A DNA stretch of 64,000 bases from Clostridia bacterium. GTDB lineage: Bacteria > Bacillota > Clostridia > Christensenellales > CAG-138. This document shows, piece by piece, positions 20,236-28,687 of the stretch (position 1 is the stretch's first letter; every line of letters begins with the position of its first letter). Under the pieces are notes generated by a model, which was given only the letters and a program-made list of their open reading frames with translations, had not been told where the DNA came from and ran no database searches. The position numbers were made by a program, and so were the translations under genes. Location: NCBI GenBank assembly GCA_017541305.1, contig JAFXZJ010000055.1:25778-89777 (forward strand), given 5' to 3'.

Positions 20236-20451
20236 AACCCCCCTCCGCGTGCTTTTGTTGTTATGCGAGCGCTCATCTATATGTGTTCTGAAACGGCATT
20301 TGACTACATTTTCTAAAAATATATTTTATTTCGGAGCATTATTGCAACTGTTTGCCCTTCTTTTTTTCATTCGTCGCCGTGCAGGCGACCTATTCGGGCC
20401 GTTCATGTGCTATAATGTAGGCGCAAAACAGATCAGGGAGGTGTTTTAGAT

Positions 20452-21249
20452 ATGTTTGGAGCAATTTTGGGAGATATGATAGGAGCGCCGTATGAATTCG
20501 ACCGCGGGGATAAGACGAAGGATTTCCCGCTGTTCACTAAGGGCTCGGAATTCACCGACGATACCGTGATGACCGTTGCCGTTGCCGAAGCGCTGATGGA
20601 CACTCTCGGCGGCACGGACGACGAGATACGTGCGGTGATGATCCGCTCAATGCAAAAATGGGGACGCCGCTATCCCGCCGCCGGCTACGGCGCAAGGTTC
20701 ATCGGATGGGTCCGTTCCGACGATCCCACCCCTTACAACAGCTGCGGCAACGGCTCGGCCATGCGCGTTTCCGCCGCCGGCTGGCTTGGCGATACGCTCG
20801 GTGAGGTCCGCCGTCTCGCGCGGCTCTCCGCCGAGGTCACGCATAATCACCCCGAGGGCATAAAGGGCGCGGAAGCCGCCGCTTCCGCCATATTCCTTGC
20901 CCGCACCGGCAAAAGCAAGGCGCAGATCGAGGACTATATCACAAGCGAATTCGGCTATGATCTCTCCCGCACCTGCGACGAGATCCGTCCCGCCTACCGC
21001 CACGTGGAGATCTGTCAGCAGACCGTGCCCGAGGCGATCACCGCGTTCCTCGAGGGCGAAAGCTTTGAGGACGTGATCCGCACCGCCGTCTCGCTTGGCG
21101 GCGACTGCGACACGCTCACCTGCATCGCCGGAAGCATCGCCGAGGCATATTACGGCATACCCGACGAGCTCATACGGGCGGCTGAAAAACGCCTGACCCT
21201 TGACCTGCTCGCCGTGGAGCAGCGGCTTTACAAAACCATTTCGCGGTGA
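20452..21249 (+). CDS. ADP-ribosylglycohydrolase family protein
   Basis: MFGAILGDMIGAPYEFD...GNGSAMR...GGDCDTLTCIAG, typical ARH/DraG motifs. Confidence 0.8.
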   Translation: MFGAILGDMIGAPYEFDRGDKTKDFPLFTKGSEFTDDTVMTVAVAEALMDTLGGTDDEIRAVMIRSMQKWGRRYPAAGYGARFIGWVRSDDPTPYNSCGNGSAMRVSAAGWLGDTLGEVRRLARLSAEVTHNHPEGIKGAEAAASAIFLARTGKSKAQIEDYITSEFGYDLSRTCDEIRPAYRHVEICQQTVPEAITAFLEGESFEDVIRTAVSLGGDCDTLTCIAGSIAEAYYGIPDELIRAAEKRLTLDLLAVEQRLYKTISR

Positions 21250-21264
21250 TACCGATAAACCAAA

Positions 21265-21291
21265 GGGGCTCCGGCATTCAGCCGGAGCCCC
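21265..21291. terminator. Bidirectional hairpin terminator between convergent genes
   Basis: 11-bp stem GGGGCTCCGGC/GCCGGAGCCCC with loop ATTCA. Confidence 0.5.
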
Positions 21292-21307
21292 GCGCTTATT
21301 CATCTCG

Positions 21308-21769
21308 TCATTCCTTTGAGCGCACGGCGGACATCAGCGCGTTCTGCACGTGAGCGCGCGCCTCGGGCGAAAGCTTATCAAGCTCCTCGAACATTCTTGT
21401 AAAGTGGCGCCGCAGCACGCCCCTGGAATAATCCTCATAAAGCTCGCGTCCCAGCTCAGTGACCTCAACACGCTGATCCCTCCTGCAGCCGGGCATGCAC
21501 TTCTTTTCCACAAGCCCCTTCTGCTCAAGCCTTTGAGCGATCTTGGTAAAATTGCTGCGCGTTATGCCCAGGCGTTTTGCAACGGCGGCCATGTTGTCGC
21601 CCCGCTCCTCGTTCTCAAGCAGATATTCGACCACCTGTATCTGCGAATACGAATAGCTCACGCCCCCAAATTCCATCTTTTCAGTGCGGTAAACGCCCGC
21701 GTAGATATTGCAGTAACGGATCAGCGCTTCCACCACTCCGCGGTTCTCCCCCATCCAGTCGAGCTTCAT
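21308..21769 (-). CDS. MarR-family transcriptional regulator
   Basis: Winged-HTH MarR pattern ...MAAVAKRLGITRSNFTKIAQRLEQKGLVEK...RDQRV.... Confidence 0.8.
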   Translation of the reverse strand: MKLDWMGENRGVVEALIRYCNIYAGVYRTEKMEFGGVSYSYSQIQVVEYLLENEERGDNMAAVAKRLGITRSNFTKIAQRLEQKGLVEKKCMPGCRRDQRVEVTELGRELYEDYSRGVLRRHFTRMFEELDKLSPEARAHVQNALMSAVRSKE

Positions 21770-21910
21770 ACGCCTCGCCTCCTTCTATTGCATTATAGCA
21801 TATCCCCCGGCGCGATACAAAATATATATTGAGGTCTTGCCAAGCGGAACGATAGGGTGTATAATAGTATTGTTTCCAATGGAAACAATACTACGCATGG
21901 AGGAATCGAT

Positions 21911-23941
21911 ATGAAAAAGAAAGCATTGATCCTGCTTATCGTCGGGCTTTGCCTGATCCTTGCGGGAAGCGTTTTGGCAAGCGTCTTCAATTCGGGGGGC
22001 TTCACTTCCAACGTGAGCCGCATAACCTTTGAGGCGCAGAACGGAACCCTGAGCGGTCTTCTCTATATGCCGAACGGCGCTTCGGCCGAGGATCCCCGCC
22101 CCACCGTCATAGTCACGCACGGCTATCTCAACTCCGCCGAGATGCAGGACGCCAACGCGATCGAGCTGAGCCGCAGGGGGTTCGTGGTACTTGCGCTGGA
22201 TCAGTACGATCACGGCCATTCCGACCTTGACAATTCCGTCTACACCGGCACGAGCTTCATGGAGATCTGGGCTCCCTTCTGGATCAATTCTATGCATGAC
22301 GCCGTGGCCTATATGTATGAGCAGCCCTACGTGCTCAAGGACGCCGCGGGCAACGGCATGATCGGCGTGACCGGTCATTCCATGGGCGGCTTCGGCAGCA
22401 CGATGGCGCTTGCGATGGACGAGCAGGAGGCCGCGGCCACCGGAGTCCGCAAGATCTATTGCGGCCTGACCGAGGGCTCCGATTTCCTCTACACCGGCTT
22501 CTTTGCCGTCGACGTAGCCGCGGCCGACGCTTTGGGCGGCGGACGCACGATGGGCAAGGTCGCCGCGCAGTATGATGAATTCTTCTTCAACGCGCCCGAC
22601 GCGCCCGAAGGCACCGTGCGCCACAAGGACTTCGTTTCCACTCCCGACGGCATGGCGTTCCTGCAGCAGACCTCTCCCGCGCAGGCGGGCACCTGGTATA
22701 ACACCTCGGACGGCGGCCGCCGCATAATCTACCAGCCCGCGCAGACGCATCCCTGGAACCATTTCTCCAAGATCACCACCGCAAACGCCATTGAGTTCTA
22801 TACCGAAGCCTTCAAGGATCAGGCGACGTCCCTCAACGCGATCGATCCCGGCGACCAGCTCTGGCAGCTCAAGGAAGCTTCCGAGTGCCTCGCGCTCGTG
22901 GGCTTTGTGATATTCATACTCGGCGCGGCCTCCATCCTCATAGAGGTCCCGTTCTTCAGGCTTGCAAAGACCGGCGAGATCGCTCTGCAGCCCAAGGCCG
23001 GCGCGGGAAAATCCTGGCTCACCGCGCTCATACTCTGCATCGCGATAGTGCTTCCCGGCCTGTTCTTCACCCCGCTGATGGATGAAGGCCCCGGCTCTGC
23101 CTGGATGACCGCGCTGTTCATATTCGGTCTGGTCGTTGCCGCGGGCGGCCTTATTGCGTGCATAGTCAATATCGCCAAGATCAGGAAGGGCAGCGTTGCC
23201 GTGGGCTCCGTATTCATGATCGTCTCCGGCGCGGCCCTTGCGCTCGTTTCCAAATTCGCCATGTATCCCGACGGCGATTACTGGACCGCTCCCGGCCTTA
23301 ACAGCATCGCCTACTGGACGCTTGGCTGTGCGCTCATCAGCGCCTGCATACTCTCCACCGTGTTCGTCTGCCTCAAGGCAAAGGACGGCGCGAACTTCTC
23401 CACCTACGGCATACGCTTCAAGCCCCTTGCGATAATCGCGTCGCTCTGCACCGCGGTAGTATCCGTCGCCGCGGCTTACGGCGTGCTGTTCCTGATGGAT
23501 CTGCTCTTCAAGGCCGATTTCCGCATCTGGACCTTCGCCTTCAAGACCTTCGACGCCAATATATTCCCCGCTATACTCCGCTATCTGCCCACGTTCCTGC
23601 TGTTCTACGTCGTATCCACGATAGGCATAACCGTGAACACCAACACCGAGCGCATGAAGGGCTTCAAGGGATATCTGCTCGCCATCGCTCTCAATGCGGG
23701 CGGCGCGATACTCTGGCTCATACTGCAGTATGGCAAGCTCTTCTCCACCGGCGTCGCCATGCATCCCGGCTCCGCGCTCTCGGGCATAGTGCTCGTAGCC
23801 ATGGTGCCCACGCTCTCCATCGCCGCCATCATCTCGCGCAATCTGTATAAGAAGACCGGCAATATCTGGACTCCCGCCTTCCTCAACGCGCTGCTGATGA
23901 CCACGATGGCCGTTGCCAACACCATGGTCGCGTTCAAGTAA
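21911..23941 (+). CDS. Alpha/beta-hydrolase (GHSMG nucleophile elbow) fused to a C-terminal polytopic membrane domain
   Basis: N-terminal TM segment, VTHGY...VTGHSMGGFGS lipase/esterase motif, then about 10 hydrophobic helices. GGAGGA RBS before ATG at 21911. Confidence 0.7.
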   Translation: MKKKALILLIVGLCLILAGSVLASVFNSGGFTSNVSRITFEAQNGTLSGLLYMPNGASAEDPRPTVIVTHGYLNSAEMQDANAIELSRRGFVVLALDQYDHGHSDLDNSVYTGTSFMEIWAPFWINSMHDAVAYMYEQPYVLKDAAGNGMIGVTGHSMGGFGSTMALAMDEQEAAATGVRKIYCGLTEGSDFLYTGFFAVDVAAADALGGGRTMGKVAAQYDEFFFNAPDAPEGTVRHKDFVSTPDGMAFLQQTSPAQAGTWYNTSDGGRRIIYQPAQTHPWNHFSKITTANAIEFYTEAFKDQATSLNAIDPGDQLWQLKEASECLALVGFVIFILGAASILIEVPFFRLAKTGEIALQPKAGAGKSWLTALILCIAIVLPGLFFTPLMDEGPGSAWMTALFIFGLVVAAGGLIACIVNIAKIRKGSVAVGSVFMIVSGAALALVSKFAMYPDGDYWTAPGLNSIAYWTLGCALISACILSTVFVCLKAKDGANFSTYGIRFKPLAIIASLCTAVVSVAAAYGVLFLMDLLFKADFRIWTFAFKTFDANIFPAILRYLPTFLLFYVVSTIGITVNTNTERMKGFKGYLLAIALNAGGAILWLILQYGKLFSTGVAMHPGSALSGIVLVAMVPTLSIAAIISRNLYKKTGNIWTPAFLNALLMTTMAVANTMVAFK

Positions 23942-23958
23942 TACCGGATCGCAACTGA

Positions 23959-23986
23959 GGCCGGGCGGACCGCCCGGTCTCTTTTT
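23959..23986 (+). terminator. Intrinsic terminator
   Basis: CCGGGC-loop-GCCCGG stem followed by TCTCTTTTT. Confidence 0.5.
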
Positions 23987-24019
23987 CAAAATATATTTCG
24001 ATAAGTATCGAAACAGTTA

Positions 24020-24048
24020 TTGACTTGGCGCACATCCCGTGCTATATT
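24020..24048 (+). promoter_or_regulatory. Sigma-70-like promoter
   Basis: TTGACT-17nt-TATATT. Confidence 0.45.
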
Positions 24049-24093
24049 TATTTCGATGGCTGTCAAATCAGAATACGAAATAAGGTGAATGAC

Positions 24094-24426
24094 ATGAAGG
24101 AATTTATCGAATCTCTTAAAGCAGAAAACGCCGCGCTCAACAAAAAGGCGGCCGCGCTTCGCGCCGAAAACAAGGCCGACGAGGCGGTGTTCGCCACCGT
24201 GCGGGCGAACGTGTACGACATCTGCGCCACGGTTTGCGGCGTAAAGATGAAAACGGGCGATATCGAAGGCTTCGGCGCAATGCTCGACCGCTTCGAGGGC
24301 GAATGGGGCGCTTCGCTGCAGGCCGCCGAAAAGCAGGATAACGCCAAGAAGATCTGCGTTGAGCAGACCAAGCTCGAGGCGCTGGCGGACGTTCGCGCGC
24401 GCTTTGCGGCGGCAAGGGGCGAATGA
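24094..24426 (+). CDS. Small coiled-coil protein (111 aa), unknown function
   Basis: AAGGTGA RBS followed by ATG at 24094. The ATG at 24025 lies inside the promoter. Confidence 0.5.
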   Translation: MKEFIESLKAENAALNKKAAALRAENKADEAVFATVRANVYDICATVCGVKMKTGDIEGFGAMLDRFEGEWGASLQAAEKQDNAKKICVEQTKLEALADVRARFAAARGE

Positions 24427-24980
24427 TGGACAGGGACACGGCGATACGCATATTCAAAGCCCTCTCGGACGCTTCGCGGCTGAACATCATATCCGCCCTG
24501 CAAAACGGCGAGGCTTACGGCGAGCTGCTTGCCGAGCGGCTGGGCCTGAGCGCCTCCACCCTCTCCTTTCACATGAAAAAGCTGGAGGAAGCGGGGCTTG
24601 TCAGCTCCCGCAAGGAGCAGTATTACACCGTTTACACGCTGAACGGCTCGCTCACGAAGCTGCGCCTTTCCGACCTGATCTGCGGCGGCAGCCCCGCGGC
24701 GGAGGACGAGGCGCAGCGGCGCGAGGAGGAGTATCGGCAAAAGGTGCTAAAGGCGTTCTTCGAAGGCGACACGCTGCGCTCGATACCCGTTCAGCGAAAG
24801 AAAAAGCTGATATGCTATCAGCACATCGCCCGGCTTTTCGAGCCCGGCAGGGTGTATGAGGAAAAGGAGCTGAGCGATATCATCGCCTCCGTCCACGAGG
24901 ATTACTGCACGATCCGCCGCGACATGATCTCCGAAGGGATCCTCACGCGGGAAAACGGAAAGTATGTGCGCATAAAATGA
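24423..24980 (+). CDS. ArsR/SmtB-family HTH regulator with C-terminal DUF2087-like domain
   Basis: IFKALSDASRLNIISALQNGEAYGELLAERLGLSASTLSFHMKKLEEAGLV. Confidence 0.75.
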   Translation: MMDRDTAIRIFKALSDASRLNIISALQNGEAYGELLAERLGLSASTLSFHMKKLEEAGLVSSRKEQYYTVYTLNGSLTKLRLSDLICGGSPAAEDEAQRREEEYRQKVLKAFFEGDTLRSIPVQRKKKLICYQHIARLFEPGRVYEEKELSDIIASVHEDYCTIRRDMISEGILTRENGKYVRIK

Positions 24981-25123
24981 AACATGCTGCTCTCTGCCGT
25001 CCGCCGGCTGAACGCGGCAATAACGCCGCAGGCCTGCGGGCGGTTTATTCCTCCGCACGATTGAATTATCCGCAAGTATGTGTTAGACTTTATACAATAA
25101 AACGCACGGGGAAGTGATATCTT

Positions 25124-25693
25124 ATGCTGACGCTGAAAAGAGCCATGGAGCTTAACGATTCGCAGGTGACCGAGCATCACCTGATCATACACGCAAAAAA
25201 CGTGATGTACGCCATGGGCGCGATGGCCGATCATTTCGGCGAGGACCGCGCGCATTGGATGGCGATAGGCTATCTGCACGATTACGATTATGAAAAATAC
25301 CCCGATGAGCATCTTCGCCATACCGAAAACGAGCTTGCCGCCGAGGGAGTCGACCGGGCGGACGTCCGCGCGATACTCAGCCACGGCTGGGGAAGCTGCA
25401 CCGACGTGAAGCCCGAAACGAATATGGAAAAGAGCCTTTACACCGTGGACGAGCTGACGGGCATAATACAGGCCTGCGCGCACATGCGTCCCAACGGGAT
25501 ATCCGATCTTGAGGTGAAGAGCTTTATGAAAAAGTTCAAGGACAAGCGCTTCGCCGCAAAATGTGACCGCGAGCTGATAAAGAACGGCTGTGAAATGCTC
25601 GGCATGGAGGTATCCCAAGTCGCTTCCATAGTCATAGAGGGCATGAAGCCCTATGCCCGGGAGCTTGAGCTGCTCGGGACGGAGCACGAATAA
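25124..25693 (+). CDS. HD-domain phosphohydrolase
   Basis: H...HD metal-binding pattern (HHLIIHAKN...YLHDYDYEKY). Confidence 0.65.
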   Translation: MLTLKRAMELNDSQVTEHHLIIHAKNVMYAMGAMADHFGEDRAHWMAIGYLHDYDYEKYPDEHLRHTENELAAEGVDRADVRAILSHGWGSCTDVKPETNMEKSLYTVDELTGIIQACAHMRPNGISDLEVKSFMKKFKDKRFAAKCDRELIKNGCEMLGMEVSQVASIVIEGMKPYARELELLGTEHE

Positions 25694-25699
25694 AGCGAT

Positions 25700-26101
25700 A
25701 TGAGATTCACGCACACAAACAGGAAGGGCTTCTGGCTCGGCTTTATCGATTTCTTCACCGCCGGGCTGTTCTTTCTTTACTACATACCCTTCGGCGGCCT
25801 GCAGGATGAGCTGGAGGACGTGTTGGGGCACAAGCTGCAGCCCTATTGGCTCGCATACCTTTTGGGCATTCCCACCTTCTTCGTCTACACCCTCGTGTGG
25901 ATGTCAAGGATCGCCGAGGAGCTAAAGGCCAGGGCGATCGCACTCGGCATAGAGGGTCCGCACACCTCGTGGCGGCATCTTTTTTGGTGGAACATGCTCG
26001 GCTGCTTCACCTTCGGAGCTATGATCGCCACCGAAAGGTTCTTCGATACGCTGAACAAGATCGAGATAAAGCTGAACGAAGAGTCCGAAGGACGCGGGTG
26101 A
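25700..26101 (+). CDS. Small integral membrane protein
   Basis: Three to four hydrophobic helices; no recognisable family. Confidence 0.45.
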   Translation: MRFTHTNRKGFWLGFIDFFTAGLFFLYYIPFGGLQDELEDVLGHKLQPYWLAYLLGIPTFFVYTLVWMSRIAEELKARAIALGIEGPHTSWRHLFWWNMLGCFTFGAMIATERFFDTLNKIEIKLNEESEGRG

Positions 26102-26193
26102 ATATGAACGATAATGCCGTCCGATGCGCGATACCGTCCCTCCTTCGGAGATCCGCAAACCGCATCGCTTCGGGGAAAGGTTGATTTGTAATT

Positions 26194-27144
26194 GTGAAAT
26201 ACGGGTATTCGAAAAAGGCCGCCGCCGCAGTCTGCATAGTATTCATCACGGTCTGCGTTGGGATAACGATCGCCGCGTTCGCGTCCGACGGATGGGCGTT
26301 CAACTCCCGAACGATTCCGATTCTCGCCTTGTTCGGCAGCTTCGCTCTTGCTTCCGCGCTCCTGCTCATCGCCGTGCTCAACCGCAGGACAACGCCCGGA
26401 GAAGACGGCTTCGTTTACCGCACGTGGCTCGGCGCCGAGAGCGAATACCGCTATGACGAGGTCGAATGGTACACCGTTAACGATAATTCCACCGCCCATA
26501 TCGGCGTGCGCGGAAAAAAGCTCACGATAGATATTGACGAGGCAAACGGCCCCGCAGTGATAAAGCGGCTTGCCGCTGCCCGCGTTCCCGATCATGATCC
26601 CAAAATGACCGACGGCGTATTCGACGATTCCGGCGAACAGGCGAAAAGGGTGCTTTACCGCCGCGGCCGCGCAGGAATGGCGGGCATAGGGATCGGTTTT
26701 TCGGCGGCGCTTGTTCTGTTTGGGCTCGGCCCCGTTCTTCTCGGCGGCAATATCGACGGCTCCCCTGCCGAAAAAGCTCTGTTCATCGCCTTATGGGCGC
26801 TATTATGCTGCGGCGGCACTGCGTATTTCCTGCACACCGCGCTCGTGGGCATAAACGCCCGCGTCGAGCTTTACGGAGATCATTTCATATTCAGAAACGC
26901 TTTGGGCAAAAGAACGCGCTATGCGTATTCCGACTGCGTCTCCGTGAACGAGACCCGCTTTTACAACCGCGCGCCCGCACCCTCTCCGAACCCCCGTATT
27001 TTTCACATTTCAAAGATCAAAATGAGCGACGGCTCAAAAATAACCGTTGACGACAGGATGCTTCGCGACGGCCTGGGCGCCGCCATAGGTTACGCCGGGC
27101 TGCCGAAAAAGGTCAAAAACCCCGGAGAGATCGTGTTTCACTGA
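26194..27144 (+). CDS. Membrane protein, unknown function
   Basis: Multiple TM helices separated by soluble segments. Confidence 0.5.
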   Translation: MKYGYSKKAAAAVCIVFITVCVGITIAAFASDGWAFNSRTIPILALFGSFALASALLLIAVLNRRTTPGEDGFVYRTWLGAESEYRYDEVEWYTVNDNSTAHIGVRGKKLTIDIDEANGPAVIKRLAAARVPDHDPKMTDGVFDDSGEQAKRVLYRRGRAGMAGIGIGFSAALVLFGLGPVLLGGNIDGSPAEKALFIALWALLCCGGTAYFLHTALVGINARVELYGDHFIFRNALGKRTRYAYSDCVSVNETRFYNRAPAPSPNPRIFHISKIKMSDGSKITVDDRMLRDGLGAAIGYAGLPKKVKNPGEIVFH

Positions 27145-27239
27145 TAGTATCATCGGCATTTTGCTGTCGATCGGAACCGACGGGCCGATATTTATTATAG
27201 AATAACGGCCACCCGTCCGTTTTCGTTCCCATTTTGGAA

Positions 27240-27268
27240 TTGACTTGCCGGAAAAAAGGATGTATAAT
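27240..27268 (+). promoter_or_regulatory. Perfect sigma-70 promoter for tRNA-Leu
   Basis: TTGACT-17nt-TATAAT, about 10 nt upstream of the tRNA 5' end. Confidence 0.6.
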
Positions 27269-27277
27269 CATCACACT

Positions 27278-27360
27278 GCAGATGTGGTGGAACGGCATAC
27301 ACAGCGGACTTAAAATCCGCCGGCGAAAGCTTGAGGGTTCAAATCCCTCCATCTGCACCA
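27278..27360 (+). tRNA. tRNA-Leu (anticodon TAA), CCA-encoded
   Basis: Acceptor stem GCAGATG/CATCTGC, anticodon loop CTTAAAA, long variable arm, T-arm GGTTCAAATCC, 3' ACCA. Confidence 0.8.
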
Positions 27361-27395
27361 ATACCCCCATAGCCATCGGCTATGGGGGTATTGGT
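27357..27395. other. Perfect 16-17-bp palindrome abutting the tRNA 3' end (terminator or att-associated structure)
   Basis: CCAATACCCCCATAGC-CATCG-GCTATGGGGGTATTGG. Confidence 0.5.
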
Positions 27396-27503
27396 ATATA
27401 TGAATGAAGGGATTTGAAGGGCGGGTCAGCGAAAGCAACGGTGTTGCGCTCCTGATAAGGATACATCACTAGAACAATAAGCACAGTATAAGGCAGAACG
27501 AAA

Positions 27504-27540
27504 TCGAGACAGGCAGCGGGCTTGTCTCGATTATCTTTTT
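27504..27540 (+). terminator. Intrinsic terminator-like hairpin
   Basis: TCGAGACA/TGTCTCGA stem followed by TTATCTTTTT. Confidence 0.35.
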
Positions 27541-27654
27541 AGAAAACATTTTTGCACATCCGTTAAAGCGTATCCGGTCTGCTATCGAATTTCCAAAAAG
27601 TCAAAGGAGGATGCCTTCCGGCATGCCAAACCGAAGATGTGCCCTCACATTAAT

Positions 27655-28170
27655 TCAGCTTCTGCTTCTGCTTTTGCCGAACAGCGCAAGCGCTGCAATA
27701 CTCACAACGACGGAAGCGATGATGATGATGATCGTCTTTCGCGAGAGTTGGCCTTTGCTCCAAAGTATAATAAGATACACGACGCCTGCGATCGCCGCAG
27801 CAGCGAAAAATACCGTCAGGATCAAAAGGGCTATCCCGATCTTTGTGTTTTTTTCATCCTCTCGCCTAACAAGCGCTCTTCGATGCTCTGCTTTTTCCTG
27901 CAGTTCCTTTAGCCGCTTTTCACATTCCGCCTGTTTCTCTCTTGCTCCGGAGACAAACGGAATTGAAGCTGTCAGACGGATCGCGTCCTCGCATCCCGCC
28001 GTTGTATTATGCTGCATCAAACGGTCCGCCTCCTGTAGGATCCTGCCGTACTTCCGTACGTCCGCCAAATCAGCGTCAAATGCATTTCCGCAGGAATCAC
28101 AGACCATAAGTCCGGACTCAATCACGATATGCATATCTCCCCCACAGATGGGGCAGACGAATGGTTTCAT
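27655..28170 (-). CDS. Zinc-ribbon (CPICG...CDSCG) membrane-anchored protein, 171 aa
   Basis: N-terminal double CxxC, helical linker, two C-terminal TM helices. Confidence 0.6.
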   Translation of the reverse strand: MKPFVCPICGGDMHIVIESGLMVCDSCGNAFDADLADVRKYGRILQEADRLMQHNTTAGCEDAIRLTASIPFVSGAREKQAECEKRLKELQEKAEHRRALVRREDEKNTKIGIALLILTVFFAAAAIAGVVYLIILWSKGQLSRKTIIIIIASVVVSIAALALFGKSRSRS

Positions 28171-28199
28171 TATTTCATCACCACTCCTTCTTAAACACT

Positions 28200-28670
28200 A
28201 AATTGATTTTGTTACAAGAGCCGGACCGCTGTTTTATTATTCGCGCGACCGCCTAACGGTGGATAAGGCAAGGGCTTCACCCGCTTAAGATCAGCGCCTT
28301 CGGCGAGCCTTTCAAGATAGATGTATTTTTCGTTGTCACTAAGCTGCTTTCGTGATCTATCAATAACGTATTCCTTGTTATTTTTATAAAGACTGATTAT
28401 GAATTTGCAGCCGTATTTTCTTACTGTCTTTTCTGAATAAACGTGCGGATTGACGCCGGTGCACAGACGTTCCGCCCTTCCAAAGAAGTTTCAAGTCATT
28501 ATAAAATGGTCCTTCTCCTTCTTATCCCAGGGCACATCTCTGTGATAGGAATCGAGCAATTCATTCAATGCATTCAGCGTTCTGTCACGCCTTAACAGAA
28601 TCTTGTCGACAACGCATGTGATGACGCCAATAAGTATCGAAACAGCCGTCAGTATTTCTCCGATGAGCAT
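28200..28670 (-). pseudogene. Decayed paralog of the small membrane protein at 32955..33431
   Basis: The intact 59-codon N-terminal ORF 28491..28670 (MLIGEILTAVSILIGVITCVVDKILLRRDRTLNALNELLDSYHRD) aligns to MELIGTGIAALSLMLTTATFIWDKLLSRKQRTLETLNKLKDSYHRE. Downstream DNA still encodes ...YVIDRSRKQLSDNEKYIYLERLAEG in another frame (compare YLIDQRRKQFKDDEYYISIERLAEKF). Confidence 0.5.
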
Positions 28671-28687
28671 TGTATGCCTCCATCTAA

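Larger units (their letters stand above)
17843..20394. mobile_element. Inserted low-GC (about 38%) segment carrying three minus-strand genes and tandem repeats
   Basis: Sharp GC drop relative to roughly 62% flanks. The segment is bounded by the duplicated 5' fragment of the ADP-ribosylglycohydrolase gene. Confidence 0.55.

Noticed and set aside
19966-20316. 116-aa plus-strand ORF with repeated GALPLGYYRKG
   Set aside because: It is a translation of the tandem DNA repeat. It has no RBS, and its periodicity matches the repeat unit.
20647-21303. 218-aa minus-strand ORF
   Set aside because: It is antisense to the ADP-ribosylglycohydrolase gene, which carries clear family motifs.
21785-23989. 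734-aa minus-strand ORF
   Set aside because: It is antisense to the hydrolase-membrane protein gene (21911..23941). The sequence is His/Gly/Arg-rich and low-complexity, with no motifs.
24902-26595. Minus-strand ORFs 24902..25831 and 25885..26595
   Set aside because: They are antisense to the HD-domain and membrane protein genes. No RBS or motifs.
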